A program made the translations under genes and the position numbers. Source: an uncultured virus (IMG/VR IMGVR_UViG_3300035136_000035) (taxonomy: Duplodnaviria; Heunggongvirae; Uroviricota; Caudoviricetes). Taken from it: a stretch of DNA of 64,000 nt. Within the stretch, counting starts at the first letter, position 1; every line of letters begins with the position of its first letter. Below the pieces are notes generated by a model. That model had not been told where the DNA came from and did not search any database. It was given only the letters and a program-made list of their open reading frames with translations. This document shows positions 44,765 to 55,316 of the stretch, one piece after another. Where the stretch lies: IMG/VR virus record IMGVR_UViG_3300035136_000035, one strand, 5' to 3'.

Positions 44765-47700
44765 TGAATGATGATTTAAATAAATTATATAATTCTATTT
44801 CTTCACATTTTGATGTTGGAACATTTGAAGATTTTTCTTCAAATATGAAAACTACTGATCAAAGAAAAAGATTTTATGATGCTATAACAAATAAAGGTTA
44901 TGATATAGGTAATTATGATGAATTTGAAAACAGATTAAAAAAAAAAGTTTATGGAGAAGAATTATACCAAGAATCAAAGATACCGGAACAGGATTCTCAA
45001 TTACGTGGTGAAGGCTTTAGAACTGTTGCAGAAAAATTTGAAAAGCCAGAAAAAATAATAACTCCATCTATTAATGATTTATTTGAAGCAGGAATAATAA
45101 CAGAACAACAATTAATAGATTCAACAAAACCAAAAATAACAGCCAAAGAAATAAATCAAGAATATGCTGATCAAAAGGTAAGTGAAGAAAATTGGAAAGC
45201 ACTTAAATCATCAAGTATAAGGACTGCTGGAGGAGTTGCAGGAGTTTCTAATATAGTTCATTCTACTATATTTGAATTTATTGGTAAACCTATATTAAAA
45301 GGGATGGGAGCTTCTGATGAAGAAATTGAACAAACAAGAGAAATTTCAAAAATATTGCCATTTACAGGAATGTTACCAACAGCAGCCCAATCAGAAGAAA
45401 TGCAACAAAAATTAAATGAATCAGCTTCAAATATAGAAGCTACTATGAAACAATATGAATATGGTATTGTAAATAGTTTTAGAACTGGTAATTATTCTGA
45501 TGGTTTTAGGCAATTATTAAAAGGATTTACTGAATCACTTCCATATTTAGCTATGGTTGCAGGTACATCTGGAGGAGGAAGTGCTGCAACATTATCTACT
45601 TTAGGTTCTGTATCTGCATCTCAAAGATATGGGGAGTTAGAAGAAGAAGGAATAATGAAAGGAGAGGAAAGTAAAAAATTAATTAATGCATGGTTATATG
45701 GAGGATTTGAAGCAGCCGGAGAATTATTTACAGCAGGTGTTTTAAATAGGATGAAATCAGCATTAAAAGGAGTTTCAACAGAAATATTACAACAAGAATC
45801 TAAAAAAATAGCATCTACATTTTTGAAAGATATATTAGGTGAAGGTATTTCAGAAGGTGCAATTACTGAACTTGGACAACAATTAACTGATTATTTTATG
45901 GATCAAAAAGAATCTATTGATCTTGCACAAATAGGTGATGCAGCACTTGTAGGAAGTTTTGCCGTAACTCCAATAGCAGGTACAACAGCAATTACTAATT
46001 CTATAAAAGGTTCACGAATAGCATCTAATGAAGATGTTCAAAAAGTTCAGGAAAATAATGATAAAATAGTTGATCTTAAAAATCAAAGAATTTCAATAGA
46101 AAATAAAATAGCAAAAGAATCAATTAATAAAGAAATAAATAAAATTGAAACTGAAAATGAAAAAATAATTGATAAAAATATTGAAAAAGCAAAGCAGTTA
46201 AATGAAGAAGAATTTAATAAAGTTGATCAGTTAAATAAATCTATTGCTATATATGATCAACGTATTATTGATAAAAAAGAAAATAATGAAGATACTTCTC
46301 TTGAAGAACAAATTCGAGATAAATTAATATCTGATAAGAATAATATATTAGAAAAACCTTCTGGAATGATTGAAGGTATCATACAAGAAGAAAAACCAAA
46401 AGTTGAAGAAAAGGTTAAGCCAGAAGAAAAAGTTGTCACAGAGGCCGAAAAAGAGATTGAGACAGAAAAAAAAGCTAGACCTACTTTTAAAGGAAAAAAA
46501 TTCACTTATGGAGTTTTTAATCCAATTGATAATACAATAGAAAATGTATATTCAATTTCTGAACAAGAATCAAAGAGACATAAAACATATATGAAACCTT
46601 CAGATATAGAAGGATATGAATCAGGAGAATTAATACAATTTACTGTTACAAATAAAGGAGAAGTTATAGGAGGCACAAAAGAAGGTCAATCATTAACAGA
46701 ACAACAAAAAGAATTTATTAAAAATCAAATAGAATTACCTAAAATAAAGGAGGAAACAAGCTATGCCGAAAAAATTAGAAAAGAAATTAAAGAAACAGGT
46801 ATCAAAGAAGAATTGGTCGAAGGAGAGGAAGGACGCTTACGTGTACGGGACATTGAGAAAGACAGGTTGGAAACCAAGCCATCAGAAGAAAAAATAATAA
46901 AAATTGGAGAGAAAGAAATTAATATAGATAAAATTATTGAAGAAAATTCTCCTAAAGATATTGAAATAAGTAAAAAAGAAATTGCTAAAAATAAAATATC
47001 ATCTGGATTACAAGATTTAGCAACTTCTTTAGGCATAATAAAATTGGTGGAAGGAACAGAAAAACCTGATGCAGTTAAAGCAGTTAAACAAATTGCGGAA
47101 GGTTTTATGGAATTAGGTATTGAAAATGTTAAAGAATTAACTGATAAAATAAAAAAATATCTTGAAAGTAATTTAGGTGTAAAACCAGAAAAATCAGATG
47201 AATTAATATCTAAATCGGATTTAGAATCAACATATAAAGAATGGAAAAAAGTAAAAGAAAAACCAATTATAGAAGATATTGGAGAATATAAAGAAGTTGA
47301 TAAAAATATTCCTGTTATTGAAAAAGTTGATAAAAATATTATTAAAGAAAAAATAAATCAAGCTAAAAAAATTGAACTTCAAAATAAAAAAGAAGTTAAG
47401 AATAAAATAAGAGAATCAATAATAGAAAGAAGATCTGATTTAAATTTATCAATTTTAGAAACAAATTTATTTGTAGAAGGATTAAATAAAGAATTATCTA
47501 AACAAGAAAGAGAATCAATTCCATTTATTATTGAAAAAACAATAGTCCCAGATAAATTAGAAAGATCAGATTTACAAGATATTGTTAACAATAAACAATA
47601 TATAACAAAGAAAGGAAGAAAATTAACAGAAGTTGCAAATGATGTTAAAAAACATTTTGATGAAGTATGGGATAATATAATAAAAAATACAGACAAATTA

Positions 47701-49734
47701 AGTGTTGATCAAATACAAGATTATGTAACTCATATTTGGGACATTCCTAAAAATAAAATAGATGATGTTACTAAATGGTTTGCCACTAAAAATAGGTTTT
47801 TAAATAAAAGATATATTGATACTTATGCAGCAGGAATAGAATTATTTGGGTTAAAGCCTAAAACATTAGATATAGGAGAAATAATACGTATTCATGATTC
47901 AATGTCTAATACAGTTATTGCTAATAATAAATTTTTAAAAGATTTAAAAAATATGGAAGTTAATGGATTTCCAATTATAAAAATAAAATCTAAAGCTCCA
48001 TCAAATTATATTGATATTAAACACCCGGCTTTAACTGTGAAAAAATTAATTCCATATGAAGGAAAAGACATTTTAATGACAGAACCATATTTAGTACATC
48101 CTGATGCTGTTAAACCATTATCTGTAATATTTGGACATAGATTAAATGATCAAATTGGAATTATAAAAGGATATGAACAAGCAGGTGCTATACTTAAAAA
48201 AACACAATTAAGTTTATCTTTATTTCATCATATAGCTTTAACTGAAACAGGAATAGGATTTATGGGATTACTAAAAACCATGAAAGCATTTGGTAGAATT
48301 ACGTATGATGCAGCAAAAGGTAATACGCCTTCTTTTGCAAATAAAGAATTAGCTAAAGATGCTGCTAAACATACACTTCAATTTGGAGCTACACAAGATA
48401 TTCCTATTAAACAAATTCAATTAATGACTGAAAAATTACATGAATTTGCTAAAAAGAAAAATATTCCAGTAGGAAAACAAATGACATGGTTGTTAAAAGA
48501 ATTTAATAAAACATGGGATAAAGGATTATGGGATTATTTACATGATGGTCTTAAATTATATGCTTATGAAGATTCAGTTAGTAATATGCCAGACAGAATA
48601 AAAACTCCAGAAGATATAAAAAGATACAAAATTGAAATGGCTCAACTTATTAATGATACATTTGGAGGTCAAAATTGGGATATATTAATGATAAATCCAC
48701 AAGTACAACAAATATTAAGATGGACATTGCTTTCTCCTGACTGGACAATATCAACTATAAGACAGGCTTTATCTCCATTAGGTATAGGAAATGTATATAA
48801 AAGTGATAAATTTTGGTCTGGTTCTAAAACAACAAGAGCTAAAAAAGGAACAGCATTTTGGCTTAAAGCAGGATTATATTTCGGTATTGGAATTAATTTA
48901 TTAAATATATATTTCAGGAAAAAAGATGAAGAAGAAAATTCTGAATTATATGAAGATGAACTTACTTTTAAAGAAAGAACATTATTAGGAAATACTATTG
49001 GACATAAATCTCATTTATTTATAGGAAGATATGAAAATGGAGAAGAAAAATATTTAAGATGGGGAAAACAATTTAGAGAATTGCCAGAATTAGTAGAAAG
49101 TCCTTTAAAAAAAATAGGAGGTAAAGCATCTCCTCAATTACAATTAGGTTCTCAATTATTTACAGGACATTCATTAAGTGGTTATGAAAATTGGGATTTA
49201 AAGGATAAAAAAGGATTAGATTGGATTTATGGAGCTACAAAAACAGTAAGTAAATCATTTTTACCATTTTCATCTTCAAATATAGTAAGATCAGATAAAG
49301 AATGGAAACCAATAGATTTATTTATGCCTTCAAGTAAAGGAATGTCACCTTCACAAGCTATAAAATATTATAAAAAAGGAATGTCATTTAATGAAGAAAC
49401 AGGATTAATTGATTTTGATTTAGATTATATTACTGATATATATGAAGCCGCTGTTAGAAATAAATTAGATGCTTATGGATTATATAAAATATCTGTTACA
49501 TCTGTTAAATCAGAGAGGACTAATGATATAAAAAAGAATTTAAAATCAATAGAAGATGCTAAAGAACAATTGAAAAAAACTAAAAATGAATCTGATAGGA
49601 AAAGAATAGAAAGACAAATAAAAAATATGAATAAAAAACAAGAAAATATAAAAAAATCATGGAATAATCTTCATAAATTAGAAAATGAATTATTAAATCA
49701 AGAAGAAAAAGAAACAAAAAGTATTTATGAATAG
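44758..49734 (+). CDS. large internal virion/ejection protein
   Basis: 1658 aa; DVGTFEDFSSNM N-terminus, A/G-rich amphipathic region, INDTFGGQNW...LLSPDW block. Confidence 0.6.
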   Translation: MVMNDDLNKLYNSISSHFDVGTFEDFSSNMKTTDQRKRFYDAITNKGYDIGNYDEFENRLKKKVYGEELYQESKIPEQDSQLRGEGFRTVAEKFEKPEKIITPSINDLFEAGIITEQQLIDSTKPKITAKEINQEYADQKVSEENWKALKSSSIRTAGGVAGVSNIVHSTIFEFIGKPILKGMGASDEEIEQTREISKILPFTGMLPTAAQSEEMQQKLNESASNIEATMKQYEYGIVNSFRTGNYSDGFRQLLKGFTESLPYLAMVAGTSGGGSAATLSTLGSVSASQRYGELEEEGIMKGEESKKLINAWLYGGFEAAGELFTAGVLNRMKSALKGVSTEILQQESKKIASTFLKDILGEGISEGAITELGQQLTDYFMDQKESIDLAQIGDAALVGSFAVTPIAGTTAITNSIKGSRIASNEDVQKVQENNDKIVDLKNQRISIENKIAKESINKEINKIETENEKIIDKNIEKAKQLNEEEFNKVDQLNKSIAIYDQRIIDKKENNEDTSLEEQIRDKLISDKNNILEKPSGMIEGIIQEEKPKVEEKVKPEEKVVTEAEKEIETEKKARPTFKGKKFTYGVFNPIDNTIENVYSISEQESKRHKTYMKPSDIEGYESGELIQFTVTNKGEVIGGTKEGQSLTEQQKEFIKNQIELPKIKEETSYAEKIRKEIKETGIKEELVEGEEGRLRVRDIEKDRLETKPSEEKIIKIGEKEINIDKIIEENSPKDIEISKKEIAKNKISSGLQDLATSLGIIKLVEGTEKPDAVKAVKQIAEGFMELGIENVKELTDKIKKYLESNLGVKPEKSDELISKSDLESTYKEWKKVKEKPIIEDIGEYKEVDKNIPVIEKVDKNIIKEKINQAKKIELQNKKEVKNKIRESIIERRSDLNLSILETNLFVEGLNKELSKQERESIPFIIEKTIVPDKLERSDLQDIVNNKQYITKKGRKLTEVANDVKKHFDEVWDNIIKNTDKLSVDQIQDYVTHIWDIPKNKIDDVTKWFATKNRFLNKRYIDTYAAGIELFGLKPKTLDIGEIIRIHDSMSNTVIANNKFLKDLKNMEVNGFPIIKIKSKAPSNYIDIKHPALTVKKLIPYEGKDILMTEPYLVHPDAVKPLSVIFGHRLNDQIGIIKGYEQAGAILKKTQLSLSLFHHIALTETGIGFMGLLKTMKAFGRITYDAAKGNTPSFANKELAKDAAKHTLQFGATQDIPIKQIQLMTEKLHEFAKKKNIPVGKQMTWLLKEFNKTWDKGLWDYLHDGLKLYAYEDSVSNMPDRIKTPEDIKRYKIEMAQLINDTFGGQNWDILMINPQVQQILRWTLLSPDWTISTIRQALSPLGIGNVYKSDKFWSGSKTTRAKKGTAFWLKAGLYFGIGINLLNIYFRKKDEEENSELYEDELTFKERTLLGNTIGHKSHLFIGRYENGEEKYLRWGKQFRELPELVESPLKKIGGKASPQLQLGSQLFTGHSLSGYENWDLKDKKGLDWIYGATKTVSKSFLPFSSSNIVRSDKEWKPIDLFMPSSKGMSPSQAIKYYKKGMSFNEETGLIDFDLDYITDIYEAAVRNKLDAYGLYKISVTSVKSERTNDIKKNLKSIEDAKEQLKKTKNESDRKRIERQIKNMNKKQENIKKSWNNLHKLENELLNQEEKETKSIYE

Positions 49735-49795
49735 TCAATTTTTATCTTAAAATAAAACTTCGTAAACTTGTATATAATTTTAAAAATTAAATATC

Positions 49796-50206
49796 ATGAT
49801 AACAATAGTAAACCAAGAACATTATATTTTACTTCAACATGGGAATGGGGATGAAGATAGAATTGCTAAAAGAAATATAATTGGGTTAAAAAAAAATATT
49901 CAAGCTGGATGTGTAACAATTGAAAGAGTTGAAAATAAAGATATAAATATTTATTTTAGAAATATATCAGGAATAAATAATGTAATTGATTTATATGCTT
50001 TATTAAAATTATATTGGGAAGTAGATGAAAGTGTTGATCTTATTGAAGAAGTAGATTCAGATACTATATATCTTGGATATGGTAAAGCTAATGCATGTGC
50101 TATTAAGAAATATGATGCCGGAACATATAAATGGGCTGATGGAACTAATGAAAGAACAAAAACATGGGCTAATAGGGCTTCATATACTTATTCTGAAATA
50201 TCATAA
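49796..50206 (+). CDS. hypothetical virion-associated protein
   Basis: C-terminal WADG...TWANRASYTY. Confidence 0.6.
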   Translation: MITIVNQEHYILLQHGNGDEDRIAKRNIIGLKKNIQAGCVTIERVENKDINIYFRNISGINNVIDLYALLKLYWEVDESVDLIEEVDSDTIYLGYGKANACAIKKYDAGTYKWADGTNERTKTWANRASYTYSEIS

Positions 50207-51316
50207 ATGAAAAAGATATTTATTATAATATTAACTATTTTAATAGGATTTACTTGTTTAAGCCAAGAACCTCATATTGATAAAGAAAAAGGTATAACTC
50301 GTATATTAAAGAAAATATCTCATATTATTAGTGGAAAAGCATATATTGATGAAAAGGGAGATATTATTATTGATGATAGGAATTATATTTCAGGAGGAGA
50401 TGCTTCATTGTTATCAAATTATAATTCAAATAATGTAACGAAGACAGGATTGACATACAATTCAACTGGAGATACTATTGTTTCTGTTTCTGATAACATA
50501 GTTGTAATTGATGGGTATGATGATGCAGTAGTAGGTAATTCTATACGATTTGGAGACCCTGAATCAGAAACAATTTATACTATTCTTTCTATTGATGGTG
50601 ATGAATTAACATTAGATCAGACTTGTACCGGTAATATAGGAGATGAGTTTTTTATTGGTTGTGATGGATTGATTAACGATCAATCAATTTATGACAATGA
50701 TGGTGTTCAAACAATTGGAGCATATCAAGCGAAAAACATTTGGACAGAAATTGATTCAAGTAGTTGGTTACTTGATGGCGTGGATGATTATTATTTAATT
50801 GATGAAAATGGTGATTCATTTGGGAAAACAATGTGTAATAATGGTTGTGCTATTTCATTTTGGGCCTATCCGCTTTCATTGCATGATGGTATTATTGTAG
50901 GAAGGTACGACCCTACAAACGATGATGGTTTTTTTAGAGTAGAATTTTTCCCGGATGGGAATTTATACAATGCGCTTAGTGGTGATGGGACTACAGGTGA
51001 AAGAATTTTAACAACAACCTCATTTTCTGTTGATGAATGGATTCATATAGTTATGATATATGATGGTAGTACTTCTGAAGCCGGAAATATAATAACTTAT
51101 AAAAACGGATCATTAGATGAAACATCAACAGGAACGACTACAATTAATTCATCAGCATGGGAAGATGATGAGGATGTTTATTTGGGAGTACACGACGAGA
51201 CTAATCATAATGCTTATTTTGATGGATATTTTGACGAAGTATATATATATAAAAGAACATTAACAACTGATGAAATAACAGAGTTATACGAAAATTCAAA
51301 ACATTATAACGAATGA
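50207..51316 (+). CDS. LamG/concanavalin-like domain protein
   Basis: DGVDDY, ISFW, WIHIVMIYDG and FDGYFDEVYIYKRTLTTDEI motifs. Confidence 0.85.
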   Translation: MKKIFIIILTILIGFTCLSQEPHIDKEKGITRILKKISHIISGKAYIDEKGDIIIDDRNYISGGDASLLSNYNSNNVTKTGLTYNSTGDTIVSVSDNIVVIDGYDDAVVGNSIRFGDPESETIYTILSIDGDELTLDQTCTGNIGDEFFIGCDGLINDQSIYDNDGVQTIGAYQAKNIWTEIDSSSWLLDGVDDYYLIDENGDSFGKTMCNNGCAISFWAYPLSLHDGIIVGRYDPTNDDGFFRVEFFPDGNLYNALSGDGTTGERILTTTSFSVDEWIHIVMIYDGSTSEAGNIITYKNGSLDETSTGTTTINSSAWEDDEDVYLGVHDETNHNAYFDGYFDEVYIYKRTLTTDEITELYENSKHYNE

Positions 51317-52104
51317 AAAATTTATTTGCAATATTGCAATTATTAATAGTAGTTAATGTAAATGCACAATTAGAAAAGATTAACGAAGATACTTTATACA
51401 TGCCTGAAGAATATATGTTAATTGAAAAAGATTCAATTAATTATATAAATAATTACCCCAGGGGACCGGGAAAAACTACTACTGATTATATTTGGTATCA
51501 TTATTTTCCAGAATTGAATTCTACAAAAATGTTAGTTAATCGTGTAACTAAAAAAAGATTTAAAATAATTATATTTGATACATTACAATTACCAGTTGTT
51601 AGGGTAAAGATGGATTCTGTAATAAAATACCCAGATTTTAAACAAACTGTAGAAAATCAAATATCAAATAGGGGCTGGTGTTATGATAAAAACAACGGCA
51701 ATTTACGGATGTTCAATTTTAATGAAGACGTGGATACACTTTATACAATGAACCATATTTGGAAATTTGATAGTTTAGGTGGTAAAGTTTGGAATTTTGA
51801 TTTATTCGGTGTTGTGGCTTATGCTAATATGGATGAAGTTGTAGGCGGATATACGATTAGACAAATATGTAATAGCATGGATTTTATTTGCAAGCGCAAA
51901 TCTAATAATCAGATTTCAATACATTTAAAAAGAAAAAATGGTGAGTTTCCAAATTGGAATGAAATAAAATTACTTGATGATAATTATTTTACAATAGCAA
52001 CATTGCCCGATTTCAGAACATATTATATTACTTATGAAATTTGTGAAGTTAATAATGTAGATGAAGATGTAACAGAGTGTACACCAATAACTAGTTATCC
52101 ATGA
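51313..52104 (+). CDS. hypothetical protein with signal-peptide-like N-terminus
   Basis: MKNLFAILQLLIVVNVNA-Q. Confidence 0.6.
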   Translation: MKNLFAILQLLIVVNVNAQLEKINEDTLYMPEEYMLIEKDSINYINNYPRGPGKTTTDYIWYHYFPELNSTKMLVNRVTKKRFKIIIFDTLQLPVVRVKMDSVIKYPDFKQTVENQISNRGWCYDKNNGNLRMFNFNEDVDTLYTMNHIWKFDSLGGKVWNFDLFGVVAYANMDEVVGGYTIRQICNSMDFICKRKSNNQISIHLKRKNGEFPNWNEIKLLDDNYFTIATLPDFRTYYITYEICEVNNVDEDVTECTPITSYP

Positions 52105-52457
52105 AAACATTAATATTAATACAAATATTATTTATAGTAATCGGAGAATTTGTTTATGAAGGATTTTTTCATAGAGGATTAAAGAATTTGAGTAAACATA
52201 TTCAAACTATATGGTTAATTAATTTTGGTATATTATGGTATTATGCTATTTTTAATTGGTTACTCATTGGTATATATGCTTTATTTAGAATATTATTCGG
52301 TGGATATATATGGAACATATCAGCAGGACAAAAATGGGATTATATAGGAGTAGGATGGTATGATAAAAAAATAGAACCATATATTAGAACTATATTTGTA
52401 TGGCCTTTGTTATTTTTTGTATTGATTATTTTAATTATTAAATATTATGAATTTTAA
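52101..52457 (+). CDS. membrane protein
   Basis: Several hydrophobic segments. Confidence 0.65.
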   Translation: MKTLILIQILFIVIGEFVYEGFFHRGLKNLSKHIQTIWLINFGILWYYAIFNWLLIGIYALFRILFGGYIWNISAGQKWDYIGVGWYDKKIEPYIRTIFVWPLLFFVLIILIIKYYEF

Positions 52458-52468
52458 AACTTATAATT

Positions 52469-52903
52469 ATGTCACCAGATCATCCAGATAATCCTCCTAT
52501 TGGAGGTAAAAATAAGAATCCTTTAATAATGACAAGAATTTCAAAAGATATAAATTTTTGGATTATATTTTTTATTCTTGTATATATAATAGGATTGGCA
52601 ATGTATACATGGATAGGTAAGAAAGGAATTAATAAAGAACAATGGGATTTATTTTATTTTTATAATGAAAATTATTTAAAAGTCATTATTCCTTTTCTTA
52701 TTGCTAGAATATTAACTATAAAATTTCTTAAGACTATTTTTTATGGATTAGCAGCATTTCAATTTATTGCATTCTCATTCTCATTACTTAAATTGTTGCA
52801 TATTTGTTCAAATATCTTATTATATAAGATTTTAACACTTACAGGAATATTAATTTTAATGGGTATGATTTATGTCAGCATTAGAAAATTACGTAAAGAA
52901 TAA
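52469..52903 (+). CDS. membrane protein
   Basis: About four hydrophobic segments. Confidence 0.65.
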   Translation: MSPDHPDNPPIGGKNKNPLIMTRISKDINFWIIFFILVYIIGLAMYTWIGKKGINKEQWDLFYFYNENYLKVIIPFLIARILTIKFLKTIFYGLAAFQFIAFSFSLLKLLHICSNILLYKILTLTGILILMGMIYVSIRKLRKE

Positions 52904-53150
52904 ACCATTGACAGGTCATTTAATAACTTTGTCGATAGCTCTTATATGTGTATTTGTATTATGGGGATTAAGTAGAGGTAATGTAAGAGAAGAAGATTTA
53001 AATATTAAATTAGACAAAAAAGCAGATAAAGTATATGTTGACAGTATTATATTTAATCATGAAATAGAAGAAACAAAAAGATATAACCGTATTGACAGTT
53101 TTCTTGTTAATATAATTGATATTTTAAAATATGAAAACACCAATAAATAA
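52872..53150 (+). CDS. single-TM protein (lysis region)
   Basis: N-terminal TM segment. Confidence 0.55.
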   Translation: MSALENYVKNKPLTGHLITLSIALICVFVLWGLSRGNVREEDLNIKLDKKADKVYVDSIIFNHEIEETKRYNRIDSFLVNIIDILKYENTNK

Positions 53151-53421
53151 TCAAAATTTTAGTTTAAAAGATGTAATTCAATATTGTATAATTGTAGGTG
53201 GATTTGTATCTACATTTACATTTTTTCAAGCAAAAGTAAATTCAAATGAAAAAGAAATTGAAAAAATAAATAAATTGCTTGATGAAGTAGAATTAAAAGT
53301 ATTACGGTCTGAAATAAAAACTATTAAAGAAGATGTATCTGAAATAAAAGGACAAACTGATGAAATTCTTACTAGTATTAATGATCTTTTTAGGGATATT
53401 TATAAAAGAGATAGTAAATAA
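53131..53421 (+). CDS. single-TM coiled-coil protein, holin candidate
   Basis: TM plus coiled coil upstream of the endolysin. Confidence 0.5.
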   Translation: MKTPINNQNFSLKDVIQYCIIVGGFVSTFTFFQAKVNSNEKEIEKINKLLDEVELKVLRSEIKTIKEDVSEIKGQTDEILTSINDLFRDIYKRDSK

Positions 53422-53535
53422 ACCTGATACTACTTTAAAAGATACTACAAAAACTGTCTATGATTCTATTTCAATTGATTTAGATGATATATCTAATAAA
53501 TATAATCAGATTGATTCACTTTTAAATAAATTAAA

Positions 53536-54009
53536 ATGAGAAAAATAACTGGCATCGTGATTCATTGTAGTGCTACTTTTGAATGTATAGATATAGATTC
53601 TAATACTATAAGAAGCTGGCATACTACACCTAAAAATATGGGAGGTCGTGGTTGGTCTGATATAGGATATCATTACATTATAAGACTTGATGGGGCAGTT
53701 GAAAGGGGAAGATATGAAGAAAAAATAGGAGCACATGTCAGAGGGCATAATAAAAACACTTTAGGAATATGTTATATAGGTGGATTAGACAATAAAGGAA
53801 AACCTAAAGATACCAGGACAAAAGCGCAAAAACATGCTTTATTAATGCTTATAGAAAGTCTATGTGATAAATATCAAATTAAATCAATAAAAGGTCATAG
53901 GGATTATTCAGAAGATCAGAATAAAGATGGTATTATAGAGAAATGGGAATGGATGAAAAGTTGTCCTTGTTTTGATGTCGAAACAGAATACAAACATTTA
54001 ATAAAATGA
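53536..54009 (+). CDS. endolysin, N-acetylmuramoyl-L-alanine amidase (T7 lysozyme-like)
   Basis: VIHCSAT, GWSDIGYHY, GAHVRGHN, GICYIGG, GHRD and KSCPCF. Confidence 0.93.
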   Translation: MRKITGIVIHCSATFECIDIDSNTIRSWHTTPKNMGGRGWSDIGYHYIIRLDGAVERGRYEEKIGAHVRGHNKNTLGICYIGGLDNKGKPKDTRTKAQKHALLMLIESLCDKYQIKSIKGHRDYSEDQNKDGIIEKWEWMKSCPCFDVETEYKHLIK

Positions 54010-54221
54010 AAATATTAATTCATATATGGAAAATATTAGACGGAAATAAATCAATTATATGTTCGTCAGTACCGACTGTTATATATGGAATGATAAAATT
54101 TGAAATAATACACGAAACTAAATTTTGGTCATTTATAATTTGGATATTTACTACATTATTAGCACCTTCATTATATCACCACATCAAAAAAGGTTATTTA
54201 AAAAAAGATAAAGGAAATTAA
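54006..54221 (+). CDS. small two-TM protein, holin candidate
   Basis: Two hydrophobic segments and a basic tail; overlaps the endolysin stop. Confidence 0.5.
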   Translation: MKILIHIWKILDGNKSIICSSVPTVIYGMIKFEIIHETKFWSFIIWIFTTLLAPSLYHHIKKGYLKKDKGN

Positions 54222-54260
54222 AATATTTTCATGTGAAATATTTTTCATATATTTGCATAG

Positions 54261-54388
54261 ATATTACGTAAAATATAAGATTAGTAAGGGATTAAAAGCA
54301 GTAGCCTACCTTATTACTCCGAACTAAATTAAAGGCACAATTGCACAAACCAGCACAATACCCTTATTAATTTTATATGGTGTTATGC
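54261..54388 (-). mobile_element. attC-like hairpin (one core degenerate)
   Basis: ATATTAC-gtaaaa-TATAAGATTAGTAAGGG...CCCTTATTAATTTTATA-tggt-GTTATGC (as read on +). Confidence 0.7.
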
Positions 54389-54403
54389 GCTGCCGATTTT
54401 ATT

Positions 54404-54775
54404 ATGAAAAGAGAATATTATATACGAAAGAAATGCACGGAAGAAGGATGTAATGAGGAAGGGATTTATAGTTACAAAACACAAAGAGAGTACCGTGAGG
54501 CATTAAAGAAAAACAAACCTTACATATGCAACAGGCACACCCGACCGAATGAAGTACTGAGCGAAGGCAATTTAAAAACAGAAGTTGAATTGAAATGTGT
54601 AGGTAAAAGCTACAGTACAGAAAGATGTAATTTTTGGCAACGTGCGGAGCATTTCGGAACTGACAAATTAGACAGCGGATTTCAATATGGAAACGGATAT
54701 AAGGCATGGGCTAAAGACTTTCCAGAAGGAACAATACTTAAAGTAACAGCAGAAATTATATTACCAGATGCGTAG
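54404..54775 (+). CDS. Cys/His-containing hypothetical cassette protein inserted in the lysis module
   Basis: Ends GTTATGCGC (54382) and GCGCATAAA (54779-54787); start at MKREYY or 54377. Confidence 0.7.
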   Translation: MKREYYIRKKCTEEGCNEEGIYSYKTQREYREALKKNKPYICNRHTRPNEVLSEGNLKTEVELKCVGKSYSTERCNFWQRAEHFGTDKLDSGFQYGNGYKAWAKDFPEGTILKVTAEIILPDA

Positions 54776-54906
54776 GTTGCGCATAAAAAAGAAAATATAA
54801 AATTAAATGAAATCTCGAATAAAATAATTAAAATAAATTAAATTGTATTAGTAAAATTTCATAATTTTGATTTGATAATATATTATTAATTTAAAAATTA
54901 AATTTT

Positions 54907-55248
54907 ATGTCTAAAAAAGAAGATGTCGACAAATTAGTATTAGGAATTACAACCGGAGCTAAAATTTATGGTGGTGTTTTAACTGCAAAAGAAGATGACA
55001 ACAAAGTATCCTGGACAGAAGGTGCTTCTTTAGCACTTAAGTATGGTGGAGATGCTTTTAATTTTTTTAAATCTCTCCCGGAAGTAGGAAATGAAATTGC
55101 TGATATTGATTCAGCAGAAGGAGAAGAAGTAGCAACTGCTATTGAAGGATTTTTCCCGAATAATCCAAAAGCCAAAGAAGGTGCAAAGAAATGTATTCAA
55201 GCTGCTATTTTGATGAAAGAAGGTTTGACTGAATTGGTTGGAAAGTAA
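54907..55248 (+). CDS. hypothetical protein
   Basis: 113-aa ORF followed by a terminator. Confidence 0.7.
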   Translation: MSKKEDVDKLVLGITTGAKIYGGVLTAKEDDNKVSWTEGASLALKYGGDAFNFFKSLPEVGNEIADIDSAEGEEVATAIEGFFPNNPKAKEGAKKCIQAAILMKEGLTELVGK

Positions 55249-55265
55249 AATTCATTCATTTTATT

Positions 55266-55293
55266 AATCCCATCTTTTACGATGGGATTTTTT
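55266..55293 (+). terminator. intrinsic terminator
   Basis: AATCCCATC/GATGGGATT followed by a T-run. Confidence 0.7.
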
Positions 55294-55316
55294 ATATCAT
55301 AATTTAAATTATAATC

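Noticed and set aside
26446..47696. Antisense and nested ORFs in the track (e.g. 26446, 27944, 37360, 43786, 46761, 47379; also 1789, 10516, 54402, 59436)
   Set aside because: They are shadows of longer, motif-supported genes and have implausible composition
49411..49425. DFDLD in the 1658-aa protein as a virion RNA polymerase catalytic motif
   Set aside because: It lies about 100 aa from the C-terminus in helical context with no other recognisable RNAP motifs; probably chance
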